64,000 nucleotides of DNA. It comes from Octopus sinensis. Taxonomy: Eukaryota. The translations under genes and the position numbers were made by a program. Where the stretch lies: positions 11,408,001-11,472,000 of the forward strand of contig NC_043007.1 in assembly GCF_006345805.1 (NCBI RefSeq). Direction: 5' to 3'. The first letter of the stretch is position 1; each line of letters begins with the position of its first letter. Shown in pieces: positions 24,850-38,826 of this stretch. The notes beneath the pieces are model-generated. The model ran no database searches. It worked only from the letters and a program-made list of their open reading frames with translations, and was not told the origin of the DNA.

Positions 24850-25105
24850 AATTAAACATGTGGGGCTACTAATGCCAAGATTGCGAGTTTGATTCCAGGC
24901 AGTGCTTGAATAAATAATAATAATAACATCAGCAAAAAATTACCTTAGGAATGAGAACCCAGGGTGGGTTCAAAATTCTACCAGGACACCAGATGAAGGC
25001 TGGAGGGTAAATCTGCCGAAACGTTGTGGTAACAACAAACAAGATGAGGACAAATATCCATCAATTGTAAATAATGTACAAAATCCTTCATCTCTAAAAT
25101 ATAGG
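24850..25105 (+). mobile_element. PLE-like terminal fragment with degenerate hammerhead at 24986-25029
   Basis: ACAC-CAGATGA-A-GGCTG(GAGGGTAAAT)CTGCC-GAAAC-GTT-GTGG. Confidence 0.55.
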
Positions 25106-25114
25106 ACTATATAT

Positions 25115-25870
25115 CATAATCATCGTCATCATCGTCGTCATCGTTTAACATCCGCTTTCCATGCTGGAATGGGTTGGACGGTTTGACTGGGGACTGGTGA
25201 GCCAGATGGCTGCACCAGGCTCCAATCTGATCTGGCAGAATTTCTACAGCTGGATGCCCTTCCTAACGCCAACTACTCTCCGAGAGTGTAGTGGGTGCTT
25301 TTATGTGCCACCAACACGAGGGCCAGTCAGGTGGTACTGTCAACAGCCATGCTCAAATGGTGTTTTTACGTGTTACCTGCGCAGGAGCCAGTCCAGCGGC
25401 ACTGGCAATGCCCTCGCTTGAATGTTGTTCTTCACACACCACCAGCACAAGTGCCAGTAAGGTGACACTGGTAACGATCACGGTCAAATGGTGCTTTTTA
25501 TGTGCCACCAGCATGGGGGCCTGTCAGTGGCCCTGGCAATGATCACACTCAAATGGTGCTCTTGGCGCTCCAATAGCATGGATGCCAGTCATGCGGTGCT
25601 GTCATCGAATTTGATTTCGATTTCACTTGCCTCAAAAGGTCTTCACCAGCAGAGTTTAGTGGCCAATGAAAGAAAGGTACCCCTAAGTGGGCTGGTTACA
25701 CCACTGGCATAGGCCATGGGTTGTGGTCTCACTTGGCTTGCCGGGTCTTCTCAAGCACAGCATATTTCTAAAGGTCTCGGTCACTAGTCATTGCCTTGCT
25801 GAGGCCTAATGTTCGAAGCTCGTGCTTCACCACTTCATCCCAGGTCTTCCTGGGTCTACCTCTTCCACAG
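25115..25870 (-). mobile_element. RTE LINE 3' fragment
   Basis: CGRGRPRKTWDEVVKHELRTLGLSKAMTSDRDL followed by family UTR and GAT-like tail. Confidence 0.85.
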
Positions 25871-26178
25871 TGTTCCTGTGTTATTTGTGTCTGTGCATGT
25901 ACCCCCAGCACTGCTTGACAATTTGTATTGGTGCATTTATGTCCCTGCAACTTAAGTGGTTCAGCAAAAGAGAACAATACAATATGTACCAGGTTTATAA
26001 TAAAGAAATGAAAGGGTCAGTTCATTCAACTAATAAATTCTTCAAGACAGTGCTCCAGCAAGGCCACAGTCTAATGATTGAAACAAGTAAAAGATGAAAG
26101 ATAAAAGATTTATTTCTGAAGGTGATATAACAAAGAAATTATTGTGTAATTCTTAACAATTAAGGTGCCTGAATAATA

Positions 26179-26590
26179 GGCACAGGAGTGGCTGTGTGGT
26201 AAGTAGCTTATTTACCAACCACATGGTTCTGGGTTCAGTCCCGCTGCGTGGCACCTTGGTCAAGTGTCTTCTACTATAGCCTCGGGCCGACCAATGCCTT
26301 GTGAGTGGATTTGGTAGTCGGAAACTGAAAGAAGCCCGTCGTATATATGTATATATATATGTATGTGTATGTGTGTGTGTTTTTGTGTCTGTGTTTGTCC
26401 CCCTAGCATTGCTTGACAACCGATGCTGGTGTGTTTACGTCCCCATCACTTAGCGGTTCGGCAAAAGAGGCCGATAGAATAAGTACTGGTTTCACAAGGA
26501 ACAAGTCCCGGGGTCGAGTTGCTCGATTAAAGGCAGTGCTCCAGCATGGCCGCAATCAAATGACTGGAACAAGTAAAAGAGTAAAGAGTA
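26179..26590 (+). mobile_element. SINE family A
   Basis: Full-length family match. Confidence 0.85.
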
Positions 26591-26849
26591 ATAAAGAAAG
26601 TATTGTGCAATTCTTAACAATTCTGAAATTCTGAGATACATTCAATATTCCTTGACTTCTCAAAATATCTGATCCATTTTTTCATGTATTGACAGATTAC
26701 TTAAATTATTCATGAATCTTATAATTTTCCCTAAACTGCTTTAGGCTGAACCATTTGCATCATCATCACCTTCCACCCTGCACCCCTCCACCACCACCAC
26801 CACCACCACCACCACCAACATCAATCAACTATTTGACACATGCCTCCAC

Positions 26850-27340
26850 ATCAGTCCAATTTGGTTTTGTCCACTTGAAACAGGCAAAAATCTTCTCCTG
26901 GTCTCATCTTTTTCGTAAAGTAATCTTTCCAGCTGTCATATAGATTAACTGTTTTTGTAAAAAAACTTGTTATTCTTTTTCTCATTCCCTTCTGTGCATT
27001 TTTGATCAAGCATTTCCTTAATTTTCAAGGGCATAATGTTCTGAATTTTGCATTCTGCAATCATTTTATAAACAGATTCTAAATCTGTCGACATTTCTAC
27101 AACTGAATTTGTTTTCTCTTTCTGTTGTGCAAATGTGTCTGCATGTGATTGAAATACAATCTTAAACCTGCGCATATCCCAGAGGTAAATTTCACTCGTT
27201 TCATACGCAGAAAATTTTTAAATTACTGTGGTTAATTTGTCATGCAAATGAAAGAAGGACTTCAAAACAGGAGACATCTGGTTAAGCTTGGCAATATCTC
27301 GCAAAAGTAACAGCCAGCAAGTCTTATTTTTAGACAAGAG
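26850..27340 (-). pseudogene. Decayed coding-like segment, possibly a hAT transposase relic
   Basis: ~150 codons with one stop and one frameshift; WLLLLRDIAKLNQMS weakly resembles hAT WL..L.DI..LN.LN. Confidence 0.25.
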
Positions 27341-27400
27341 CTTCCAACATTAAAATTCAACTAATTCCAATATTTTGTAAGTTGCTCGGGTCAAACTGTA

Positions 27401-27623
27401 TACTCTTTTACTCTTTTACTCTTTTACTTGTTTCAGCCATTTGACTGCGGCCATGCTGGAGCACCGCCTTTAGTCGAGCAAATCGACACCGGGACTTATT
27501 TTGTAAGCCCAGTACTTATTCTATCGGTCTCTTTTGCCGAACTGCTAAGTGACGGGGCATAAACACACCAGCAAGCAATGCTAGGGGGACAAACACAGGA
27601 CACACAAACACACACATACACAT

Positions 27624-27707
<84 letters not shown>

Positions 27708-28069
27708 AATTAGTAAATAAATGGCACAACTAAGTACGATATTTACTGAAAATAGCGAACGTAAAAATACGACGCTAATGGTAGCTTCACCGCGTATGTA
27801 TTAGCAAAAATGCGTGTGTGCAACAAAATAGAGAAGAAAAAAAAACTGTCTTACCTCAGGGAAAACATCTGTATGATGAAACACCCGGAAAATGTATATA
27901 TATATATACATATATACGACAGGCTTCTTTCAGTTTCCGTCTACCAAATCCACTCACAAGGCATTGGTCGGCCCGGGGCTATAGCAGAAGACACTTGCCC
28001 AAGGTGCCACGCAGTGGGACTGAACCCGGAACCATGTGGTTGGTAAGCAAGCTACTTACCACACAGCCA
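27401..28069 (-). mobile_element. SINE family A with expanded (TA)n and a ~200-bp insert
   Basis: Family halves separated by non-family DNA at ~27705-27895. Confidence 0.75.
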
Positions 28070-28302
28070 TAAAAATGCTGATAAATTTTACAGCTAATAC
28101 TTTTAAATTTCATTTCCATATCCATTCCAAGGTGTAGGCAAGATAATGTGATTGAGAACCAAGCTTCTCAATCATGGGGTTCCAGGTTCAGTCCCACTGC
28201 ATGGCACCTTGGATAAGTGTCGTCTACCATAGCCTTGGGCTGACCAAAGCCTTGTGAGCAGATTTGATAACAGAAAATGAAAGAAATCTATCATATCCAT
28301 AT

Positions 28303-28711
28303 GGCGTGGCTGTGTGGTAAGAAGCTTGCTTCCCAACCACTTGGTCCTGGGTTCAGTCCTACTGTGTGGAACCTTGGGCAAGCATCTTCCATAGCTGCAG
28401 GCCAACTAAAGCCTTGTGAGTGGATTAGGTGGACAGAAACTGAAAGAAGCCTGTTGTATATATATATGTGTGCTTGTGTGCGTGTGTGTGTGTGTGTTGT
28501 GTGTCTGTGTTTGTCCTCCCCCACCATCGCTTGGCAACCGGTGTTGGTGTATTTACGTCCCTGTAACTTAGCAGTCCAGCAAAAGAGACCAATAGAATAA
28601 GTACTAGGCTTACAAAGAATAAGTCCTGGGGGTAGGCCGATTCATTTGACTAAAGGCAGTGCCCCAGCGTGGCCACAGTAAAATGACTGAAACAAGTAAA
28701 AGCGTAAAAGA
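28303..28711 (+). mobile_element. SINE family A, diverged
   Basis: Family match. Confidence 0.75.
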
Positions 28712-29079
28712 GTATACATACATATTATATGTACACATATATATAAACGTATATACATACATATATAAATACATAGTGTATGTGTGTGTGCATGTGTATT
28801 TAAGTAAATATATATACTCTATGCTAATATTGAACAATGAGAATGAGTGCTCAACACCACATCTCTATATATATCTATATATATATGACCCGTTGCCGGG
28901 TCATAGTGCAAGTTAGTTGATAAACATTTTTTATTTGTTGGTTAACGAGGCCATCAATGTTTTCATCATCATCATCGTTTAGCATTCGCTTTCCATGCTA
29001 GCATGGGTTGGACGATTCAACTGGGGTCTGGGAAGCCAGAAGGCTGCACCAGGCCCAGTTTATATGCAGAGAAATCTCT

Positions 29080-30094
29080 CAACAATTATTAAACCTTTGA
29101 GCCCATAACACTGGTTTACTGGTGGATGGATAACATCAGAAGATTCGGTTGAGCAGGTTTGCCAAAAACTCATGAAACCCCAAGAAGTTGATAAGAAGAA
29201 CAAGTCTGGAAACCCAGATTCTTCCAATGACAGTTTGGCATGTCCTGAGGAAACGCTTGCTAATGAAACCCTACAAGCTGCAGCTTGTTCAGGCCATAAT
29301 GGCAGATGACAAGCAAAAATGCAAACGGTGCAGGAGTGGCTGTGTGGTAAGTAGCTTGCTAACCAACCACATGGTTCCAGGTTCAGTCTCACTGCGTGGC
29401 ATCTTGGGTAAGTGTCTTCTGCTATAGCCCCGGACCGATCAATGCCTTGTGAGTGGATTTGGTAGACGGAAACTGAAAGAAGCCTGTCGTATATATGTAT
29501 ATATATATATATATATATGTATGTGTGCATGTGTTTGTGTGTCTGTGTTTGTCCCCCTAGCATTGCTTGACAACCGATGCTGGTGTGTTTACGTCCCCAT
29601 CACCTAGCGATTCGGCAAAAGAGACCGATAGAATAAGTACTGGGCTTACAAAGAATAAGTCCCGGAGTCGATTTGCTTGACTAAAGGCGGTGCTCCAGCA
29701 TGGCCACCGTCAAATGACTGAAACAAGTAAATGAGTAAAGAGTATATGCAAGAGAAACTTGAAGAAGCTGAATTCAAGGAACATCTTGTTTTCACTGATG
29801 AGGCCACATTTTATACAAATGGCAAAGTCAATAAACATAATGTTCGCATTTGGGGCTAAGAAAATCCCATTATCACAGTTGAGCAAGAGAGGGACTCACC
29901 AAAAGTGAATGTGTTCTGTGCCTTCACCAAAAAATTGTTCATGGAATCCACATACCTTTGAATTCCTCATTCAAATTTGGAGGAATAAATCTTATGTTGC
30001 TCAACATTAAGCCTGGTTAGTTTCATTTGCTTTGACTATGTAGCTTCTGTGATATTTACATCTTAAATAATATCAAATTATTTGTAACACCCTG
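29080..30094 (+). pseudogene. Decayed mariner-like transposon interrupted by SINE A
   Basis: TVWHVLRKRLLMKPYKLQLVQAI...LVFTDEATFYTNGKVNKHNVRIWG...SPKVNVFCA; end TAACACCCTG|TA. Confidence 0.8.
29327..29743 (+). mobile_element. SINE family A nested in mariner
   Basis: Full-length family match. Confidence 0.85.
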
Positions 30095-30118
30095 TATATA
30101 TATATATATATGTATATA

Positions 30119-30311
30119 TACTCTTTTACTCTTTTACTTGTTTCAGTCATTTGACTGCGGCCATGCTGGAGCACTGCCTTTAGTCGAGCCAATCGACCCC
30201 CCGGGACTTATTCTTTGTAAGCCCAGTACTTATTCTTTCGGTCTCTTTTGGGGGGACAAACACAGACACACAAACACATAATAACATATACACACACACA
30301 CACACATACAC

Positions 30312-30346
<35 letters not shown>

Positions 30347-30512
30347 GAGGACAGGCTTCTTTCAGCTTCCATCTACAAAATCCACTCACAAGGCTTTGGT
30401 CAGCCCAGAGCTAAAGTAGAAGACACTTGCCCAAGGTGCTATGCAGTGGGACTGAACTCTGGACCATGTGGTTGGTAAGCAAGCTACTCACCACATAGCC
30501 ACTCTTGTGCCT
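30119..30512 (-). mobile_element. SINE family A
   Basis: Family match with internal deletion. Confidence 0.8.
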
Positions 30513-30677
30513 ATAGTAACTCCTGCTATATATATGTAAATAAATAGAACAGACAAGAGAACTGAGGTATGTTTCAGTTTACAGCCATTTCATAATCACG
30601 TTAATTATATAAATAGGTACTACATTATCATTCGCACACATAAATATACAAATAAATATGTACAACTACCCACGCAT

Positions 30678-30726
<49 letters not shown>

Positions 30727-30928
30727 ACATATATACATGAGATAGAAAGTATGGTGGGCGGTAACATGTGTTGTAAAACAAATCTACAGTGATTTTCATC
30801 TTATTTCTTTCCTTACATATATGTAAGTGTGTGTGTGCATGCGTGTGTGTGTGTACATATACATATATATATACACATATATGTATATAAATGTACATAT
30901 ATATATATATATGTGTGTGTATATAAAC

Positions 30929-30962
<34 letters not shown>

Positions 30963-31101
30963 GTATACATAAATATATCTATGTATATATGATATTGTAC
31001 ATATATATATCGCTTGTGTGCGTGTGTGCACGTGTATATATTGCATTTTATATATATAGATATCTGTATGAGTTAAAGAAACCATCTATATATATTTTCC
31101 T

Positions 31102-31145
<44 letters not shown>

Positions 31146-31434
31146 CACAACACACACATATACATATATGTATACATATATATATGATATGGTACATATA
31201 TATTGCTGTGTGTGTGTATGCATAGGTATGTATACATGTATGTGTGTGTGTATGTATAATATGATTATATATGTATACACATACACCCTGTTAGATATAT
31301 AGATAGGTAGATAGATAAATAGATAGATAGATAGATAGATAGATAGATTGGTAGATAGTTAGATTGATTGATTGTTATACAAATAGAAACATAGACAGAT
31401 AGATAGATAGAGAAAGAGAGAGAGAGAGAGAAAC

Positions 31435-31476
<42 letters not shown>

Positions 31477-32312
31477 CGAATGAGAGGATATAATTTTTTC
31501 TTTCCTGCATAATATAAGTAGATAATACTATATCGACTATATTTTTCTGCAGAAAGTCATAAAACACAAAAAGATTGCGTATATTAATATGATATTTTAT
31601 ATATTCAAAATATTGCATATATGCATAATGCTCTGCATATATGCATGATGTTGCATAAATGCACAGTATCGCAGATATTCACACAGCTGAGCTTATCATT
31701 AAACACAATTCCGAAGTAATGGAATGGAAACAAAGTTAGTTGAAGATAAAATAGCTGAAAATATATGGAATTTGTACCCAAACCTAAAAGGATGTTTTAT
31801 CAGGAGTCTTTCCTTTACACAGCTGACATAATAATGACTGACTGTCAAATAATTTTAAATTCCTGCACTTAAACTAACTGCTATTGTGGATTCATATTAT
31901 TATATTAAGCTTATCTATCGGTTGGATGGGTTGCTAAATTTTGAAATTTGCATTAATTATTGGGTGGGGAAGTGTTTGGAAGGGGTTGGTTCTAAGCCCT
32001 AACTCAGCTGCCGGTTCTCTATTTGTTATGTTGTTGGTTACAAGGGAAAGCAAATAATGTTTTTTTTAAGCAATGTCAATATATAGACACATCAAGGTCT
32101 GTGGCTTAGTGGTAGAGTGATAGAGCTGGTATTCTCCCTGGGGAAAAAGGCCTTCTACTATAGTCTTCTAATAGGTGCAGGCATGGCATGGCTGTGTGGC
32201 AAGGAGCTTGCTTCCCAACCACTTGGTTCCAGGTTCAATCTCACTGCATGACACCTTGGGCAAGTGTCTTCTGCTATAGCCTCGGGCTAACCAAAGCCTT
32301 GTAAGTAGATTT

Positions 32313-32730
32313 CATCATCATTATCATCATCATCATCGTTTAACATCCACTTTCCATGCTAGCATGGGTTGGACGGTTCAACTGGGGTCTGGGAAGCCAG
32401 AAGGCTGCACCAGGCCCAGTCTGATCTGGCAGTGTTTCTACAACTGGATGCCCTTCCTAATGCCAACCACTCCGTGCGTGTAGTGGGTGCTTTTTATGTG
32501 CCACCAGCACAGGTGCCAGACGTGGCTGGCAAACGGCCACAATTGGATGGTGCTTTTTACGTGCCACCAGCATGAAAGCCAGTCAGGGTGGCGCTGGCTA
32601 CGGCCATGTTCAGATGGTGCTTTTTACGTGCCACCGGCACTGGTATCACAGCTACAAATTCCATTGTCGTTGGTAGATTACGATTTGATTTTCACTTGCC
32701 TCAACAGGTCTTCACAAGTGGAGTTTTGTG
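32313..32730 (-). mobile_element. RTE 3' UTR fragment
   Basis: (CAT)n tail plus UTR repeats. Confidence 0.75.
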
Positions 32731-32849
32731 TCCCAAGAAGGAAAGGAATGCATAAGTAAGAATTGGTAGATGGAAACTGAAAGAAGCCTGTCATGTGTGT
32801 ATGTGTATATGTGTGTGTGTGTGCATTTGTGTGTGTGTTTGTGTTTATG

Positions 32850-33205
32850 GACACTGCACCATAGAAAACTTGGATGATGCACCATGATACTCAACTTGTT
32901 TGTGTGTTGCACACTATCCTTTATCTGTAGACAAAAGCAATTGATGATATTCATCCCTTTGTCCCCTTATTCTCCAGGTTTGGTTCCTGCAGACTCTTTT
33001 GTTTCCAAATTGGAAGGGGATTCTGAAAGGTCACTGATTTCAGAAGATAGAAGAGATCAAAGGAAATTTGCCGTGAGAACTGTGTGCTGCACCTTAAAAA
33101 TATATTCCAGGGACTTCTCCAAAAGTAGAACAGAAGAATAAAAATACCTTTGGTGTGGGATTAGGAGCAGTGTATTAAGAGCAGAAGGAACAACTTTGAA
33201 GGAAA
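32850..33205 (+). pseudogene. Mariner transposase C-terminal remnant
   Basis: PYSPGLVPADSF...KLEGILKGH*FQKIEEIK resembles PYSPDLAPADF. Confidence 0.65.
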
Positions 33206-33245
33206 CATCATCATCATCAACACTACCACCACCACCACCACCATC

Positions 33246-33286
<41 letters not shown>

Positions 33287-33315
33287 CCACCATCAACAAC
33301 ACCATCATCATCATT

Positions 33316-33346
<31 letters not shown>

Positions 33347-33600
33347 TCATTAAACGTAACAACAGCATCACCGTCATCATCATCATATCATCATCATCAT
33401 CATCATCATATCATCATAACCACCACCACCATTATCATCCTCATCATCATATCATCATCATCATCATCATCATTACCACCACCACCACCACCACCACCAC
33501 CACCATTATCATCCTCATCATCATATCATCATCATCATAATCATCATCATCATTGTTATCATCATCCTCCTCATCTTCATCACCGTTATCATCATTTACT
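33206..33600. repeat. (CAT)/(CAC) trinucleotide array
   Basis: Visible tandem runs. Confidence 0.9.
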
Positions 33601-33919
33601 GTCCTTTTTCTATGCCAGCATGATTTGAATGGCAAGCCACAGGATTGTTTTTAGCTCAAGTTGTCTGCTTTAGCCTGGTTTCTATGGCTGGACACCCTTC
33701 CTAATGCCAACTGATTTTACAGAGTGTGCTGGGTGCTTTTTATGTGGCACCAGCACTAGTGAGGTCACCAAAGTAACTCACAAGACAAGACCTTTCAAAT
33801 GAGTTGAGGGAGGGGCATTGAGGAAGGTGGCTCTGTTCAAGATGATGAGAGGTTAAAGTATGATGGAGGGACAGAAACAGGTGTCATGTTGTAGAAGAGA
33901 TACGGGATTAGCCCTGTTC

Positions 33920-34650
33920 CAAAATTGAGAGGAGAGGGAGAGAGAGAGGGGAAAGGAAGAGAGAGGAGAGAAAGGAGAGGGAGAAAGAGAGGGAGAGAGA
34001 GGAGAGGGAAGGAGGGAGGGAGGGGAGAGAAGAGGGAGGGAGGGAGGAAGGAGGGAGAGAGCGAGGAGAGGGAGGGAGAAAGGAGAGAGGGAGAGAAGAA
34101 GGGGGAAGGGAGGGAGAGAGGGAGAAAGAGATGGAAGAGAGGAGTGGGAGAGAGAGAAGAGAGAGGAGAGGGAAAGAGAGAAGAGTGGGAGAGAGAGGAG
34201 TGGGAGACAGACAGGAGAGGGAAGGGAGAGGAGGAGAGAGAGAGGAGAGGGAGAGGAAGATGAGAGACAAGAGAAAGAGAGATGAGAGAGAGATGGGAGG
34301 GAAAGATAGATGAGAGAGGGGGAGAGAGAGAGACAAGAGGGAAAGAGAGTGATGCAAGGGGGAGAGAGACAGATGAGAGACAAGAGAGAGCAAGATGAGA
34401 GGGAGAGAGAGATGAGAGAGAAAGAGAATTGAGAGGAAGAGAGAGAGGGAGAGATGAGGGGGAAAGAGGGAGGGTTGGGAGGTGGAGATGAGAGAGAGAG
34501 AGACAAGAGGGAAAGGGAGAGAGATGAGAAGGTGAGGGAGAGAGACGAGAGAGCGAAAGAATTGAGAGGAAGAGAGAGAGAGAGAAAGACAAGGGAGAGA
34601 TGAGAGAAAGAGAGAAATGGGAGGGAGAGAGGGGGAGAGGAGGGGAAGGT
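33920..34650. repeat. ~730-bp polypurine (GA/GGA) tract
   Basis: Almost only G and A on the plus strand. Confidence 0.9.
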
Positions 34651-34702
34651 GGTGGTAAGCCTTATTAAATTGTAAATAAAGCAAAAAGCTTTGTTTCCTT
34701 TT

Positions 34703-35330
34703 AAACTGTGGCTTCACTTGAGAATGTGTGTGTGTGTATGTGTGTGTTTGGTTTGTGTGTGTATGTGTGTGTGTATGTGTGTGTTTGTGTGTGTATGTGT
34801 GTGTTTGTGTGTGTGTGTGTGTGTTTGTGTGTGTGTATGTTTGTATGTGTATGTTTGTGTGTGTGTGTGTATGTGTGTGTTTGTGTGTGTGTGTGTGTGT
34901 TTGTGTGTGTGTATGTTTGTAGTGTATGTGTGTGTTTGTTGTGTGTATGTGTGTGTTTTTTGTGTGTGTGTGTGTGTTTGTGTGTGTGTATGTTTGTATG
35001 TGTATGTTTGTGTGTGTGTGTGTATGTGTGTGTTTGTGTGTGTTTGGTTTGTGTGTGTATGTGTGTGTGTATGTGTGTGTTTGTGTGTGTGTGTGTATGT
35101 GTGTGTTTGTGTGTGTGTGTATGTTTCTATGTGTATGTGTGTGTTTGTGTGTGTGTGTGTGTGTGTGTTTGTGTGTGTGTATGTTTCTATGTGTATGTTT
35201 GTGTGTGTGTGTGTATGTGTGTGTTTGTGTGTGTGTGTGTGTGTTTGTGTGTGTGTATGTTTGTATGTGTATGTTTGTGTGTGTGTGTGTGTGTGTATGT
35301 GTGTGTTTGTGTGTGATGTGTGTGTCATGT
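34703..35330. repeat. ~630-bp degenerate (TG)n tract
   Basis: TG runs with TTTG/TATG interruptions. Confidence 0.9.
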
Positions 35331-35617
35331 GAATGAGCATTTGTAACTGATTCCTTTAACCCAGAGATTTACAAAACCAGTTCCACGATGAAGAACTTGA
35401 TACCTAAAATGCACTGTAATTTGCTGGTTTTCCTATTTTCATTTGCACTGAGTGTCCCACATAATGTGCTGTTATTTTAAATTTAACCGATTCAAATTCG
35501 GGACACAGTATGCATATGTGTATGTATGTGTTTACGTATGTATATGCATATATGTACATTTGCATGTGTGTGTGTATGTGTACAGATGCAGGCATGGCTG
35601 TGAGGTCTCTCTCTCTC

Positions 35618-36008
35618 TCTCTTTTACTCTTTTACTTGTTTCAGTCATTTGACTGTGGCCATGCTGGAGCACCGCCTTTAGTCGAGCAAATCGACCCCGG
35701 GACTTATTCTTTGTAAGCCCAGTACTTATTCTACAGGTCTTTTTTGCCGAACAGCTAAGTGACGGGGACGTAAACACACCAGCATCGGTTGTCAAGCAAT
35801 GCTAGGGGGACAAACACAGGCACACAAACACACACACACATATATATATACATATATACGACGGGCTTCTTTCAGTTTCCGTCTACCAAATCCACTCACA
35901 AGGCCCGGGGCTATAGCAGAAGACACTTGCCCAAGATGCCACGCAGTGGGACTGAACCCAGAACCATGTGGTTGGTTAGCAAGCTACTTACCACACAGCC
36001 ACTCCTGC
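35618..36008 (-). mobile_element. SINE family A
   Basis: Family match. Confidence 0.8.
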
Positions 36009-36889
36009 TTGCTTCTAACCATGCGGTCTAGGTTCAGTCCCACGGTGTACCTCCTTTGGTATATGTCTTCTATCATAGCCACAGGCCAACCAAAATCTTA
36101 TGGATTTAGTAGACTTAGTAGAAAGAAACTGAAAGAAGCCCATTGTAAATGTGTGTGTATATATATTTACATACATACAAGCATACATATATACATACAT
36201 ATATTTATATATTGGTTTATGTCTATCACTGTTTGAGTTGCATAATAGTGGTTTTATCTCTAATTCATATTTTATATTTTATATATTTATACTGTGAAAT
36301 TGAATTTTTCCCTGTAAGTTTGGAGTTATACTCCCTAATATTATTATCATACATATATATATATTCTTTTATTCTTTTACTTGTTTCAGTAATTTGACTG
36401 CAGCCATGCTGGAGCACTGCCTTAAAGGGTTTTTTAGTCAAAGAAATCGACTCCAGGACTTATTCTTTGTAAGCCTAGTACTTATTCTATCGGTCTCTTT
36501 TGCCGAGCCGCTAAGTTACAAGGATGTAAACCCACCAACATTGGTTGTCAAGTGATAGAGGTGGTGTTGGTGTTGGGGGCAACACAGACACAAAGACATA
36601 TGCACATGAACATATATATATATTGCAAAATCGCAGTTGTGGCAGATACCAGTGTCACGCAAATTAGCACCCATGCCAGTGGCACATAAATGCACCCTGG
36701 TACCATGAAAAAGGCACATAAAAGAATCCATTACACTCTTGGAATTGTTGGTATTAGAAAGGGCATCCAGCTATAGAAAACCATGCCAAATAAGACTGGA
36801 GTCTAGTTTGTTAAACCGTCCAACACATACCAGTATAGACAATGGACGTTAAATGATGATGATGATGATATATATATATGTAGCTAGTC

Positions 36890-37395
36890 CACTTATGCAT
36901 ACCTTTCCTTCTTGGGACACAAAACTCTACTTGTGAAGACCTGTTGAGGCAAGTGAAAATCCAAAATAAAAATCAAAATCGATCAACATCAATGGAAATT
37001 GCAGCTGTGATACCAGTGCCTGTGGTATGTAAGAGAACCATCCGAACGTGGCCGTTTGCCAGCCTTGTCTGGCACCTGTGCCGGTGGCATGTAAAAAGCA
37101 CCATCTGATCGTGGCTGTTGCCAGCCTCGCCTGGCCCCTGTGCCGGTGGCATGTAAAAAGCACCATCTGATCGTGGCCGTTTGCCAGCCATGTCTGGCAC
37201 CTGTGCTGGTGGCATGTAAAAAGTACCCACTACACTCACAGAGTGGTTGGCGTTAGGAAGGGCATCCAGCCATAGAAACATTGCCAGATCAGACTGGACC
37301 TGGTGCAGCCTTCTGGCTTCCCAGACCCCGGTTGAACCGTCCAACCCATGCTAGCATGGAAAGCAGATGCTAAACCATGATGATGATGACGACGA
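36890..37395 (+). mobile_element. RTE 3' UTR fragment
   Basis: UTR repeats ending in (GAT)n. Confidence 0.75.
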
Positions 37396-37813
37396 TATAT
37401 AGACTTATAAACTTACTGATGATGATGATATATATATATATACAGAGAGAGAGACTTATGAACTTACTGTTAACAAAAATTAGGTTGTGTGGCGTTCAGT
37501 TACTCAATGAATGAAAAATGCATTAAATATTATAAAAACATACATGTAGGACAGACACAGAAGGACCCTAATTCTTCTTCAGTTATCAACAGAAATGTTA
37601 ATATTCAGTTTCATGCCTTTAAGAATCATGAATTATATTCCAGGTTCATAGTGTAGTAAGAAATATGTAGGATTACTTAAGGTAAACAATTCTGCTGTAA
37701 TTCATTCAGTGGGCAAATCCTAGGTTCATTTCACTGGATTATGAATATTTTTGTGAGTATATATCCAAGATAATTAAATGATATCTTCTGTATATCTTTT
37801 GCTTTTATTTTCA

Positions 37814-37879
37814 TTTTTGCAGTTAATTATACGGCATAATTGGTTTAAACCAATTATGCCATATAATTAACTGGAAAAA
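37814..37879. repeat. Loopless 66-bp palindrome
   Basis: Centre GGTTT|AAACC at 37846/37847; two mismatches. Confidence 0.8.
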
Positions 37880-37947
37880 TAAAAATTATAACAAAAAAAA
37901 TACATTAATGTACAGATCTCCATTTTCATTGTAATTATCTTATATAT

Positions 37948-37989
<42 letters not shown>

Positions 37990-38404
37990 GGATGGATGGA
38001 TGGACGGACGGACGGACGGACGGACGGACGGATAGAAACATTAACAGATGGATAGATATGTAGAAACAGTGACTGACATATAGACAGGCACAGAGAAAGA
38101 GAGATATGTATATTTGTATACATTTATGTATTTGTTTTGCAAGATTCATGGTATGAAGTCGTGTGTTGAAGCAGATATTGCTTTACTTGGGGATGGCCAT
38201 ATTTTGTCACTTAAACACATGCACTGTATTTTTGGTCTTCATTTCAACTTTATTATTGTTATTACCATTTTAGTTTCTTTGTCAAAGATCTTTCATCACA
38301 CATCCTGTGACCTCTTCAACATCTCCTTGCCCCACATGTGTCTTGTTCTGCTTATTACATTTTGTCTTTCTGTGGTATACCATACATACATATATATCAC
38401 TGTG

Positions 38405-38707
38405 ATCACCGTGACCGACCAGGCTATCAGATGTTGCTACACATCGCTGGTCACAATGTGCTTCACATTGTTTTAGCCTTCAAATGATGCCATTTAGCTG
38501 GCTAAGTGAACAGGCTAACAGAAGAAAGAGTGAGAGAAAGTTGTGGTGAAAGAGTACAGCAGGGTTTGCCAATCCCCACTGTCAGAGCCTCATGGAACTT
38601 TAGGTGTTTTTGCTCAATAAACACTCACAGCGCCCGGTCTAGGAATTGAAACCGCGATCCTATATCCGTGAGTCCGCTGCCCTAACCACTGAGCCATTGC
38701 GCCTCCA
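38405..38707 (-). mobile_element. SINE family B, body type 2
   Basis: Homologous to 3110-3405. Confidence 0.7.
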
Positions 38708-38782
38708 CACATACATATATTATTTTATTTATTTTTATTTTATCTAGTTTCAGCTCACAAGCTGTGGCCATGCTGGGGCACC

Positions 38783-38826
<44 letters not shown>

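Noticed and set aside
33837-35340. Long Ser/Leu/Pro, Arg/Glu and Cys/Val ORFs
   Set aside because: Translations of GA and TG simple repeats
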